From Candidatus Eiseniibacteriota bacterium (GTDB taxonomy: Bacteria > Eisenbacteria > RBG-16-71-46), in the NCBI GenBank assembly GCA_963725865.1, contig CAVSAC010000014.1, positions 672,001 through 736,000 of the forward strand: a stretch of DNA of 64,000 nucleotides, written 5' to 3'. Made by a program: the position numbers and the translations under genes. The notes beneath the pieces are model-generated. The model had not been told where the DNA came from. It saw nothing but the letters and a program-made list of their open reading frames with translations, and made no database searches. How positions within the stretch are numbered: position 1 is the stretch's first letter; each line of letters opens with the position of its first letter. Positions 48,257 to 58,068 of this stretch are shown one piece after another.

Positions 48257-49780
48257 CTACTCGTCGCGCGGACCCCCGGGATGATCGACCGGGGCCACCG
48301 CCACGCGTTTGATCAGACCGTCGCCGAGCGCGTAGGTCTTGACCCGTCCGTCCTCGCGCAGCGTCATGTGGATGATCCGGCGCTCCTGGGAGTTCAGGTA
48401 CTCGCTGATCGCCTCCCCGTTCTTCGCCAGGGCTTCCTCGGCGAGCGCGTGCGCAAGGTCGGCCAACTCCGTCTCGCGGTGCTTCCAGAACTCGTTGATC
48501 TCGAGCTGGAGGTGGTACTGCGAGCCGCCGCCCTTGTTGATCATGCGATTGAGCAGATGCTGCAGCGCCTGCCGGGTCTCGCCCTTGCGACCGGTGAGCA
48601 GTTCCTCGTCGGTGGCCACTGTGGCCATCACGTCCACGTGGTCTTCGGAAGCGATCGCCTCGACCTTCGCCTCGAATCCCAGGAGCCGCATGAATTCCTC
48701 GGTCAGGCGTCGTCCCTCGGCGGCCAGCGCGTCGTTCGACATCGCACCCTCCGTCGCGCGGCGAGTCGCGGACGCCACCGGCTGCGGCGCCTCGTCCAGG
48801 TCTTCGGAATGCGACCGCGGTGCGTCGGACATCGCGACCGGCGCCGCGGCCTCCGCGCTGATGCCCTCCGCCTCGTCGTCAGCGTAGGATTCGATGGGCC
48901 CGGCCGCGTCCGCCGGCTCGGCGCTCGCCGCCGGCATCAGCGGGCCCTCGCCGCCCTCGCGCCGCCGCCCGCGGCCGCCGCGGCGACCACGGCGACGACG
49001 ACGACGGCTCTCGGCCTCGTCCCCCGTCTCCACCATGCCGTTGACGGCACCCGCGGCTGCACCCGCGGCCATGGGCTCGAATTCGGACAGCGGCTCGAGC
49101 TCGGGCGCCGGCTCGCGCGCGACCTCCGGCGCAGGCGAGCGCTCCGGGCGTGGACGACGCTCCTCGCGCGCTTCCCGCGGCCCCCGCGGCTCACGGCTCT
49201 CGCGCCCGTCGCGCGGCTCACGGCTCTCGCGCGGCTCGCGGCTCTCGCGCGGCTCGCGGCTCTCGCGTCCCTCGCGCGGTTCGCGACTCGCGCGCGCGTC
49301 CCGCGGTCCGCGCTCGCCGCGCACCTCAGCGGGTCGTGCGGCCTCGCGGCGCGCGCCGCCCCGGCCGCGATCCTCGCCCCGGCGCTCGACGCGTCCCTCG
49401 CGGGGGCCTCGGTCGTTGCGCCGGCGCTCGCCGTCGCGCGGTCGTTCGTCGCGGCGGGCAGGGTCGCCCTGCGCGCGTCGTTCGTCGCGGCCGCCCCTGC
49501 GTGCATCGCGCTCGCGTCCGCCGCGCCCGCGGCGACCGTCGCGATCGCGGTCCCGATCGCGCCCGCGGCCGTCACGATCGTCGGGCTCGCGCGGGGCGCC
49601 GCCTGGTCGCGCCTGCACGCGCACCTTGTAGGGTCGCGCGCCGATCCCGAGGAATCCGCCCGAGCCTTCCGCCAGCACGGTGATCATGGCCTCGGCGCGC
49701 GACAGCCCCAGCGATTCGAGGCCTTTGCGGACCGCGTCATCCAGTGTCCTGCCTTCGAAGATGGAGCCTTCAGGGCTCAT
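48257..49780 (-). CDS. jag: Jag/EloR (KhpB) RNA-binding protein with long R/E-rich linker
   Basis: Jag_N (EGRTLDDA...GFLGIG), KH (GRKGETRQALQ) and R3H (ERRIIH). Confidence 0.9.
   Translation of the reverse strand: MSPEGSIFEGRTLDDAVRKGLESLGLSRAEAMITVLAEGSGGFLGIGARPYKVRVQARPGGAPREPDDRDGRGRDRDRDRDGRRGRGGRERDARRGGRDERRAQGDPARRDERPRDGERRRNDRGPREGRVERRGEDRGRGGARREAARPAEVRGERGPRDARASREPREGRESREPRESREPRESREPRDGRESREPRGPREAREERRPRPERSPAPEVAREPAPELEPLSEFEPMAAGAAAGAVNGMVETGDEAESRRRRRRGRRGGRGRRREGGEGPLMPAASAEPADAAGPIESYADDEAEGISAEAAAPVAMSDAPRSHSEDLDEAPQPVASATRRATEGAMSNDALAAEGRRLTEEFMRLLGFEAKVEAIASEDHVDVMATVATDEELLTGRKGETRQALQHLLNRMINKGGGSQYHLQLEINEFWKHRETELADLAHALAEEALAKNGEAISEYLNSQERRIIHMTLREDGRVKTYALGDGLIKRVAVAPVDHPGGPRDE
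49160..49290 (-). repeat. 9-bp tandem repeats (RES/REP) in the jag linker
   Basis: RESREPRESREPRESREP. Confidence 0.7.
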
Positions 49781-50054
49781 GTGCCTCTCCTGCGCCACGG
49801 GGGGCGTCGCGTGCGAGCATGTGCCGCATCCCGCGGGAAGCGAACCAGTGGTGGGCGGCGCGGGGCGCGGGGGGCGCGGGGACCCACGCGAAGTGTCGCG
49901 TGAGATGCTGGGAGTGTCCCGGCTGCCATGCCACCGCGCGGCCACGGGCCGCTGTGGGTGAACCGCTAGATTACTTCGCCGCGGCCTCCATGGCTACGGT
50001 CCGACTGCGCCGAACACGGGCGGGCGCGGGACGACCCCCGGGCCCGCTTCGCAG

Positions 50055-51893
50055 TCAGCGACCCTTCCCGCGGCGCTTGGAGCCGCCGCGCTCCTCCTCC
50101 ACGACCACGGCCATCGAGACCCCGCTGTCCGTCCTCAGGGCCAGCCACTGCTGGACCGCGGTCAGCACGTTCATCCACGTCCAGTAGAGCACCAGCCCCG
50201 ACGGCAGGTTGTAGAAGAACACCAGCATCATGATGTTCATCATGTACATGGTCGGCGCCTGCCGCGGGTCGGTCGGCGTCATCTTCTGCGTCAGGAAGCC
50301 GGAGCCTGCCATCAGCAGCGGCAGCAGACGCAGCGGCCACGGCGAGCCGGGAATCGGCAGCAGCACGTCGGGCGCGGACAGGTCGTTGATCCACGCCACG
50401 AACGGCGCCTGCCGCAGCTCGATCGCGTTGAACAGCACCTGGTAGAGCGCGAGGAACAGCGGCATCTGAAGCAGCATCGGCAGGCAGCCGCCCGCCGGGT
50501 TCACCTTGTTCTCCTTGTACAGCGCCATCATCGCGGTGTTCATCGCCTGCGCATCGTCCTTGTACTTCTCGCGCACGCGCTCGATCTCGGGCTGCAGGCG
50601 CTGCATCGCGCGCATGCTCTTGATGCTCGTCATGTTGAGCGGGTGGAGCAGCAGCCGCACCAGGGTGGCGAGCAGCAGGATGGCGATGCCGAAGTTCGGC
50701 AGCAGGCGATAGAGCGCGTTGAGACCCTGCAGCAACAGCGTGCTGACCGGCAGCAGCCAGTTCCAGCCCATGTCGACCACACGCTCGAGCTGCAGCTTGA
50801 GTGCCGCGAGCCGGTGGTATTCGCTCGGTCCCACGTACACCACGAAGCGGTCCGCGGCGGCGCCCGGCGCCGACAGGCCCATGATCAGCCGATTGACGAC
50901 CAGCGGCTGCTCGGCGTGGCTTCCCGACGGCAGCAGCTTCAACTCGGCCGGATCGAGGGTGCGCATCTCCGCCACTTCCTCGACTCCGCGGGCGATGCCG
51001 TGCTGGACGGCGGTCAGCGCCACGAAGTAGCGCGTCTGCACGCCGGCCCACTGGACGCTGCCGTCGAGGCGCTTCGGGCCCTTCAGCAGCGACCGCGCGG
51101 CTTCCCGGCGGACGTTCTTGCCGAGCATCGCGGAAGCCCGCAGCATGCGCGCGTCCGCGACCAGGTCGTGCTCGGTCACCTCGGGCCACGAGCGCATCGT
51201 GAGCGCGTAGTCGTCGAGCCGCCACCCCGACGGCACCCCGGTGACCGCGACCTCGAGGTCGAGCGCGTAGTCCTGCGGCCGCACCCGCCAGGTCTGGCGC
51301 ACGCTCGCGCCGGCGCTGTCGCGCGTCGTGAACGTGAGCCCACGGATCGCGCCCGCGGCGTCGGTGCTCTCGGCCACCTCGTACACCACCGCATCGAGCG
51401 GCCGTCGCGTTGCACCGGAGCCGAGCTCGATCCCGAACACCGGCTCGCCGACGAGCATGACCCGATGCCCCGCGGGCACCTCCCGACCGTGCGGATGCGG
51501 CGCGCTCGCCGCGCCGAAGGAATCGTAGGCCGCGGCATAGTGCTTGAGCTCGACCGACATCAGCCGCGCTCCGCGATTCGTGAACGTGGCGCGATAGAGC
51601 GGAGTGTCGACCACGTAGATGTGTTCGGACGCGATGGTCGCGGGCTGGAAGGTCACGGGCGGCGCGGGCGCCGCGGCCGGCGCGCCGGCGATCGCGCCGG
51701 CAGCCGCGGTGGGCGCGCTGTCCGTCGGCGCCGGCGTGGCTCGTTCGCCGGGGCGCTCGGGAGCGGTGGCAGTCGGGCCCGGGCGGCGCGGCGCATCGAG
51801 GTAGCGGCCGAGTCCGGCCATTCGCATGAGCGGCTGCCAGAACAGGATGAGGACGATGCACAGCGCGATGGCGACGAGGCTCTTGCGTTCCAT
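50055..51893 (-). CDS. yidC: Membrane protein insertase YidC
   Basis: NFGIAILL, MQRLQPEI, NPAGGCLPMLLQMP and PSGLVLYW. Confidence 0.96.
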   Translation of the reverse strand: MERKSLVAIALCIVLILFWQPLMRMAGLGRYLDAPRRPGPTATAPERPGERATPAPTDSAPTAAAGAIAGAPAAAPAPPVTFQPATIASEHIYVVDTPLYRATFTNRGARLMSVELKHYAAAYDSFGAASAPHPHGREVPAGHRVMLVGEPVFGIELGSGATRRPLDAVVYEVAESTDAAGAIRGLTFTTRDSAGASVRQTWRVRPQDYALDLEVAVTGVPSGWRLDDYALTMRSWPEVTEHDLVADARMLRASAMLGKNVRREAARSLLKGPKRLDGSVQWAGVQTRYFVALTAVQHGIARGVEEVAEMRTLDPAELKLLPSGSHAEQPLVVNRLIMGLSAPGAAADRFVVYVGPSEYHRLAALKLQLERVVDMGWNWLLPVSTLLLQGLNALYRLLPNFGIAILLLATLVRLLLHPLNMTSIKSMRAMQRLQPEIERVREKYKDDAQAMNTAMMALYKENKVNPAGGCLPMLLQMPLFLALYQVLFNAIELRQAPFVAWINDLSAPDVLLPIPGSPWPLRLLPLLMAGSGFLTQKMTPTDPRQAPTMYMMNIMMLVFFYNLPSGLVLYWTWMNVLTAVQQWLALRTDSGVSMAVVVEEERGGSKRRGKGR

Positions 51894-51896
51894 GGG

Positions 51897-52118
51897 TCAG
51901 GGCACCGGGTCGTAGCCGCTCGCGCCGAGCGGGTGGCAGCGCGCGATGCGTCGCATCGCCAGCCACAGGCCGCGCGCGACGCCGTGGCGCGCCACTGCAG
52001 CGTGGGCGTAAGCGGAACAGGTGGGATGGAAGCGGCAGGCGCCACGCCATGCGGATGGGACGAGGCGCTGGTAACCGCGGATGAGCGCGAGCACGAATGC
52101 GCGGCCGAGGTCAGACAT
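51897..52118 (-). CDS. yidD: Membrane protein insertion efficiency factor YidD
   Basis: [10 protein letters not shown]...RIARCHP...GYDPVP. Confidence 0.93.
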   Translation of the reverse strand: MSDLGRAFVLALIRGYQRLVPSAWRGACRFHPTCSAYAHAAVARHGVARGLWLAMRRIARCHPLGASGYDPVP

Positions 52119-52497
52119 CGCGCTGGTCGTGGCTCGCCATCGCGCCGGCGCGCGTCAGCAGCGACTCGACGTCGCGGACGAGCTCCGGGTGTGGTGCGGT
52201 CAGGGTGGAACGGAAGGCCACGAATACCATCCAGAGCCCCTGCGGTGGCAGGTGCGCGAATCGCCGGCGCACGATCTCACGCAGCCGCCGGCGCGCCCGG
52301 TTGCGCTGAACCGCCCCTCCGACACCGCGCCGGCTCGCCACGAATCCCACGCGCGTGGGTGCATCGGCCTGGGCGAGCGAGAGCAGCAGACAGTGCCGCC
52401 CGCGCAGCGCGTTGGCCCGCGACTTGACGGCCGCGTGCTCCTGCGACGTGCGCAGTCGCCGCGCGCGGTCCCAGCGCTCCGGATGACGGTCGGTCAT
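52111..52497 (-). CDS. rnpA: RNase P protein component
   Basis: [25 protein letters not shown]. Confidence 0.92.
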   Translation of the reverse strand: MTDRHPERWDRARRLRTSQEHAAVKSRANALRGRHCLLLSLAQADAPTRVGFVASRRGVGGAVQRNRARRRLREIVRRRFAHLPPQGLWMVFVAFRSTLTAPHPELVRDVESLLTRAGAMASHDQRDV

Positions 52498-52604
52498 GCC
52501 GCTCCATCCGGCGTCCATCTCGCGGTCGTGCGCAGGCACGCCGCGCCGGCATACGGGCGCGAGACTCGCGAGGCCGTACGACAAGGAAGGACGTCCGGGG
52601 ACGA

Positions 52605-52748
52605 CTACTGGTCGGAGACGGTCAGGCGCTTCCGGCCGCGGGCGCGACGGGCCGCGATGACCTTGCGGCCACCTTTGGTCGACATGCGCGCGCGGAAGCC
52701 GTGCGTCTTGAACTTGTGGCGGTTGCGGGGTCGGAACGTGCGCTTCAT
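52605..52748 (-). CDS. rpmH: 50S ribosomal protein L34
   Basis: [42 protein letters not shown]. Confidence 0.96.
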   Translation of the reverse strand: MKRTFRPRNRHKFKTHGFRARMSTKGGRKVIAARRARGRKRLTVSDQ

Positions 52749-53041
52749 GAGGACGGAGACTCCACGAAAAGGGTCTGGTCGTGATGAGACGCGGCAGGTT
52801 ACGGGAGCCGGCGGGGCCGCGTCAAGGACCGGGGGACGGTTTCGCCGCTCCTGGCGGGCGTCCGAGCGCGGTCCCGAGCGCGCCCGCGAATCGCCACGCA
52901 CCCGCCGGGAACGGGTTCAGGTGGCTGCGGCACTTGCCGATACCTCTCGCGAACCGCGTTCCTCGAGGGGCGGACCTCCGCTCCCCGGATGGCAGCCTTC
53001 GACGACGCCGCGTGTGTGACGCGGCGCACTGCGGCAGGTCG

Positions 53042-54799
53042 ATGCCCGGAGTTCCGGAATCCAGCGCCCGCATGGGCAGCCTGCGCGATCTCTCCCCGAT
53101 CGCCCAGGCCACCGCCTTGTGGCTCAGACAGCTCGCGCGCGCGCTGCGCACGATCCGGCTCTATCGCACCGAGAACAGCGTCTCGTCCCAGCTGCGGGAC
53201 TCCGTGGCCGAGGCCATCGAACGGATCGTGAACGAGTTCGGCGACGTCGAGATGCGGATCGGCGCGACCGAGATCCTGCTGGGCGGCGAGGCGATCGTGC
53301 GTCCGGCCGGGAGCCCGGATGGGCTGACCGACCCGGTCGAGACGCTCCCGTTCCTGTTCTACCGGGACGGCATCCGCGGACTCCGGATCCTCCGCGGCGT
53401 GCCCCGCAGCGAGATCGGCGCGCTTCTGCGCGGACTGACCGCGGTCAGCTCCGGGCCGAACGCGCAGGACGACCTCGTCACGCTGCTCTGGCAGTGCAAC
53501 CTGCTCTACGTCCAGATCGAGACCGTCCCGCTCGAGCAGACCATCTACCTGAGCGCACGCCGGCCCACCGGCCAGGATGGCGGCGACGTCCGCGGGCAGT
53601 CCTATCTGCTGCATCCCGGCGGCGCCGAGATCCGCGCCGAGCTCGGACAGGCGGCCGGGCCCCAGGGGCTCCACCGCGACACGTTCGACGACTGGCCGCT
53701 GCCCGCTCAGTGGCCGGACGCGGTCGACATCTGGAGCCGCACGTTCGTCGCCATGCAGGCCTCGCTCGAGCTGTTCCTCGAGCGCTGCCGCGACGAGCAG
53801 GCCGAGGGCTGGACGCTGCCGGTGAAGCCGACCATCGACCGCATGCTCACCCTCGATCCCACCGAACCGATGCGCCTGGCCCTGGTTCGCGCGGCAGTCT
53901 CGTGGGTGGCCTCGGCGCTCCAACGCTGCGCCTGGGACGAGGCCCAGGTCGCGCTCGGGCAGCTGCGCGAGCTCGATCCCGAACGGCAGCTCGGCGAGGA
54001 GGACCTCGCCTCCGCGGTCGCCGGGCTCGACCACCAGCTCGTCACCGACAGCCTCGATCTGGCCGAGGCCGACGATCATTCGCGCTTCGCGGCCATCGTG
54101 GTTGCCATCGGCAAGCCCGCGCTCGATCTCGCGACGTCGGTCATGGCGCGGTCCGAGAAGGTGCGCGTGCGCGCGGCGGCGTGCACCGCGCTCACCTACC
54201 TGTGCAGCGACGATCCCGCGCTGCTGCGCCGCTACGTCGAGGACTCGCGCTGGGAGATCGTCCGCAACACGGTGTTCGTGCTCGGACAGATCGGCGGCGT
54301 CGACGTGGTTCCGCTGCTGCGGACCGCCGCGACGAACCACGAGCACCGCGTGCGCCGCATGGTGGTGCAGGCGGCGGGCAACGTGCCGCGCGAGTACCGC
54401 ATCCCCATCCTGGTGGCGCAGCTCGACAGCCGCGATCCCCAGGTGCTCGCGGCCGCCCTCAACATGTTGACCCGCGAGAAGAGCTCCAAGGTCGCGCGCG
54501 CCATCCTCGACCGCATCGAGGCGCCGGACTTCGAATCGCGCAGCGAGGACAACCAGCGCGCGCTGTTCAACGGGCTCTCCGAGGTCGCCGAGGACAGCGT
54601 GGTCGGGCCGCTCGAGCAGCTGCTCAACAAAGGCGGCTGGTTCGCCCGCCGCTCGCTCGAGCGCGTCGCGGCCGCCCGCACGCTGCGCCGGATCGGCAGC
54701 GAGAAGGCCATGGCGGTGCTCGACGCCGGGCTGCGCTCGCGCGTGGAAGCGGTGCGCAGCGCGTGCCTCGAGGCCATGAGCACGAGGATGCAGGGATGA
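53042..54799 (+). CDS. HEAT-repeat protein
   Basis: LFYRDGIRGL..LRG, DDLVTLLW and DSRWEIVRNTVFVLG repeats. Confidence 0.78.
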   Translation: MPGVPESSARMGSLRDLSPIAQATALWLRQLARALRTIRLYRTENSVSSQLRDSVAEAIERIVNEFGDVEMRIGATEILLGGEAIVRPAGSPDGLTDPVETLPFLFYRDGIRGLRILRGVPRSEIGALLRGLTAVSSGPNAQDDLVTLLWQCNLLYVQIETVPLEQTIYLSARRPTGQDGGDVRGQSYLLHPGGAEIRAELGQAAGPQGLHRDTFDDWPLPAQWPDAVDIWSRTFVAMQASLELFLERCRDEQAEGWTLPVKPTIDRMLTLDPTEPMRLALVRAAVSWVASALQRCAWDEAQVALGQLRELDPERQLGEEDLASAVAGLDHQLVTDSLDLAEADDHSRFAAIVVAIGKPALDLATSVMARSEKVRVRAAACTALTYLCSDDPALLRRYVEDSRWEIVRNTVFVLGQIGGVDVVPLLRTAATNHEHRVRRMVVQAAGNVPREYRIPILVAQLDSRDPQVLAAALNMLTREKSSKVARAILDRIEAPDFESRSEDNQRALFNGLSEVAEDSVVGPLEQLLNKGGWFARRSLERVAAARTLRRIGSEKAMAVLDAGLRSRVEAVRSACLEAMSTRMQG

Positions 54800-56322
54800 C
54801 CAACCAACCGCCCGGATCCCTGCGCCCCTACGACGAGCGCCTGCGCGCGCTCGGCGACCAGATCGTGCAGCGCTTCCTGGCGCTGGTGCGGGTGGGTCGT
54901 TCGTACGAGGTCGGCAATCAGGTGTTCCGCTTCCAGCTCCAGCACTTCCTCGACGCCATCCGCCCGGTGTTCGACGACGCCGAGGAGGCGGTGCTGGTCG
55001 CGCTCGAGAGCGACCTGTACCTGAACGGCGTGCGCATCCCGGTGCGCAATCAGACCTTCAAGTCGCACGAGCTGCTGCGCGAGGAGTTCGAGCGGCGGCG
55101 CATCGCCGGCCTGCGCGTGACCCCCGAAGTCTGCGAGGAGGACGTGCAGCGGTTCTTCGCATTGTTCCTGCGCCCCGGCGACTATCACGGCACCGGACTG
55201 CTCGAAACCTGTCTGGCCGAGGGCCTGAACGCCATCCAGCCGGCGGTGCACGCCACGACGTCGCTGCCGGAAGCCGCCGGCGCCGGCATGGCCGGTTTCG
55301 CGGACACCGACATCGCCCGGCCGGTCACGTTCTCCCACGACTACGACGACGAGGCCCACGAGAGCGGCCCGCCCACCGCCCCCGGCGAGGCCGGCTCCGC
55401 GCCGCGCGGCTCGGCGCCCAAGTCCTTCCACGCGGCGGTGGCCGGCGCGCGCTCGCTGCTGATGACGACCGCGCTCAACGACTCGATCGAGATCCGCCAC
55501 GCCAAGCGCGTGGTGCAGCCGCTCGTGGACGGAGCCTTCGCGAACGAGCCGGTGGTGATGGGACTCTCGTCCATGGGACACCACGACGAGTACACCTACA
55601 TGCACGCGGTCAACGTGGGCATGGTGGCGGTCACCGTCGGGCACTTCCTGGGCCTCGACCGGCGCCTGCTGGCCGACCTCGGGGTGGCCGCGCTGCTGCA
55701 CGACGTCGGCAAGTCGGCGGTCGCCGACCAGGTGCGCCATCCGCTCGGCGAGTGGAGCCCCGAGGAGCGCGCGGCCGCCGAGCGCCACACGCTCGAAGGT
55801 GCGCGCCAGATCGCGCGCTCGACGGTGCTCAACGGGACCACCCTGCGCTGCATGCGGGTCGCCCTCGAGCATCACTCCGGCCCCGGCGGCTATCCGCGGC
55901 TCGACGACTGGACGCCGAGCGTGCTGTCGCAGATCGTCGCCGTCTCCGACTGCTACGTCAGCCTGCTCTCGCACCGGAGCGATCGTGGTCAGGGCGTGAC
56001 GCCGAACCAGGCCATCGCGATGATGCTCGGCCCGCTCGCCTCGCGATTCGAGCCGGCGCTGCTGTGGGCGCTGGTGAAATCCGTCGGCCTGTTCCCGCCC
56101 GGCCAGATGGTGGAACTCAGCGACGGATCGAAGGCAGTGGTGCTGGCGCCCAATCCCGAGGACCTGCTGCGCCCTCACGTCCGAGTGGTGACCAGTCCCG
56201 AGGGCGAATGGCTCGTGGAGAGCCGGCGCGTGGACCACCGGCCGCTCAAGGAAGCGCTCCACATCCGCTACGCCCTGCGCGCCGAGGACTATCCGATGCC
56301 GCCGGAGAGCCGCGCGGCCTGA
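54796..56322 (+). CDS. HD-GYP domain protein (c-di-GMP phosphodiesterase-like)
   Basis: DEYTYMHAVNV, LLHDVGK, EHH...GGYP and VSDCY; start overlaps the HEAT gene stop. Confidence 0.85.
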   Translation: MTNQPPGSLRPYDERLRALGDQIVQRFLALVRVGRSYEVGNQVFRFQLQHFLDAIRPVFDDAEEAVLVALESDLYLNGVRIPVRNQTFKSHELLREEFERRRIAGLRVTPEVCEEDVQRFFALFLRPGDYHGTGLLETCLAEGLNAIQPAVHATTSLPEAAGAGMAGFADTDIARPVTFSHDYDDEAHESGPPTAPGEAGSAPRGSAPKSFHAAVAGARSLLMTTALNDSIEIRHAKRVVQPLVDGAFANEPVVMGLSSMGHHDEYTYMHAVNVGMVAVTVGHFLGLDRRLLADLGVAALLHDVGKSAVADQVRHPLGEWSPEERAAAERHTLEGARQIARSTVLNGTTLRCMRVALEHHSGPGGYPRLDDWTPSVLSQIVAVSDCYVSLLSHRSDRGQGVTPNQAIAMMLGPLASRFEPALLWALVKSVGLFPPGQMVELSDGSKAVVLAPNPEDLLRPHVRVVTSPEGEWLVESRRVDHRPLKEALHIRYALRAEDYPMPPESRAA

Positions 56323-56355
56323 GCGCCCCCGCGCCGCGCGCGGGATCGCGCGGCG

Positions 56356-57936
56356 TCAGGCGGCGTCGCGTACCTGGGGGGCGGCGAGCGACTCGGCGAG
56401 CGCCAGCGGCAGGCGCAACCAGAACGTGCTGCCCTGGCCGGCCCGGCTGTTCACGCCCACGTGTCCGCCATGCAGTTCGGTGATGCGCTTGACGAGGTGC
56501 AGGCCGATGCCGAGCCCACCGCGGCCGCCGGAGAGCCCTTCGACCCCCTGTCCGAACAGCTCGAAGATGGTCGCGGCGTCCTCCGGGCGCACGCCCGGGC
56601 CGTCGTCCTGGACCTCGACGCGGACGAAGTCCCCCTCGCAGAACGTGCGCACGTGCACGACCGACTTCTCGGGGCTGAATTTCACCGCGTTCGCCAGCAG
56701 GTTCACCACCACCTGGCGCATCTTCACCTCGTCGAGCTGCAGCGGCGGCGCCTCGTCGGCGAACGCCTCCTCGAGCGTCACGCCGCGCTTGGCGGCCAGC
56801 GATCGCGAGGTCTCGACCGCCGCGTGCGTCACCTCGCGCACGCTCACCGCGACGCGCCGGAGCACCAGCCTGCCGCTCTCGAGCCGCGAAAGGTCGAGGA
56901 TGTCCTCGATCAGCGCGAGCAGGCGCCCCGCCTCGGAGCGCAGGCGGCGCAGGAACTCGACCCGCTGGCCACTGTCGATGCGGCCCTCGTTGTCGTCGAG
57001 CAGCTCCGCGTACGCGATGACCGAGGTGAGCGGGGTCTTCAGCTCGTGGCTGGTGGTCGAGAGGAACACGTCCTTGAGCCGGTTGGCTTCGACCAGCCGC
57101 ACGTTGTCGGCCTCCAGCTCGCGCGTCCGGGTCCCCAGCCGCTCCATGGTCTCGGCGCGATCGATCACCGCGCCCACGTGCTCGGCGAACATCTGGAGCA
57201 GCTCGCGATGGTGGTCCTCGAAGCGCTCCGGGTGGTTGATGCGGTTCACGTTGAGCACGCCGACGCAGCGCTCGCCGACCCGCAGGGGCAGCGAGACGGC
57301 CGAGGTGATGTTGCGGTCGGGCTTGAAGTGCCGGCCCAGCTCCTCGGACTGCGACTTCTCGGTCAGCAGCACCGCCTCCTGGCGCTCCGCCACCCAGCCG
57401 GCGATGCCTTCGCCGAGGCGCGCCTTGGCGTGGCGCGCGTACTCGGACTCCAGGCCGTACGAGGCACGGGTCTCGAGCACGCCGGTCTCGGGGTTGTAGA
57501 TCATCACCGAGGCCTGCTGCGCCCGCAGCGTGGACACCACGCGCCGCACGATGATCTCGAGGATCACATCGAGGCGCAGCTGCAGGTTGAGCGTGGTGGA
57601 CACCTGGAACAGCGCCGACAGCTCGGAGAGCCGGGTGCGGATGTCCTCCTTGTCCTGTTCCTCGCGCTGCAACGCCCGCTGCATGCGATTGAGCTCGACC
57701 TGCTTCAGCACCGTGTACAGGCAGAACACCAGGATCAGCCCGGCGAGCCCGATCAGCAGGACGTAGCTGGTGCTTGCCGGCGCGCGGCCTTCCACGCCGC
57801 CGACCGCCTGGAGCATCGGCAGATACAGGAGCGGGATCGCGGCGGTGAGGGCCAGCAGCAGCAGGAGGGTGACCGCCCACAGCAGCCATCCGCGGCGGAC
57901 GAGTCGATCCCACTTCGTTGCGGGGCGATGGCTCAT
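56356..57936 (-). CDS. GAF-domain sensor histidine kinase
   Basis: Two TM segments, GAF (GEGIAGWV), SHELKTPL, NAVKFS and GLGIGL. Confidence 0.92.
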   Translation of the reverse strand: MSHRPATKWDRLVRRGWLLWAVTLLLLLALTAAIPLLYLPMLQAVGGVEGRAPASTSYVLLIGLAGLILVFCLYTVLKQVELNRMQRALQREEQDKEDIRTRLSELSALFQVSTTLNLQLRLDVILEIIVRRVVSTLRAQQASVMIYNPETGVLETRASYGLESEYARHAKARLGEGIAGWVAERQEAVLLTEKSQSEELGRHFKPDRNITSAVSLPLRVGERCVGVLNVNRINHPERFEDHHRELLQMFAEHVGAVIDRAETMERLGTRTRELEADNVRLVEANRLKDVFLSTTSHELKTPLTSVIAYAELLDDNEGRIDSGQRVEFLRRLRSEAGRLLALIEDILDLSRLESGRLVLRRVAVSVREVTHAAVETSRSLAAKRGVTLEEAFADEAPPLQLDEVKMRQVVVNLLANAVKFSPEKSVVHVRTFCEGDFVRVEVQDDGPGVRPEDAATIFELFGQGVEGLSGGRGGLGIGLHLVKRITELHGGHVGVNSRAGQGSTFWLRLPLALAESLAAPQVRDAA

Positions 57937-58068
57937 CGAGAGAGACTCCCTGCCTCAGGGGCGCGCGCGCGCTTCGTAGGGCGCCCGACGAGGGCGTTAT
58001 CGTCCGGGCGGGGCAAGGACTTGCGCGCTTTTCGCCGCGCGCCGGCCGGCCTGCTAGATTGCCCGGGC

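Noticed and set aside
44210..49290. Tandem repeats in rsmG and jag as a CRISPR array
   Set aside because: In-frame 9/18-bp degenerate units with no spacers and no cas genes.
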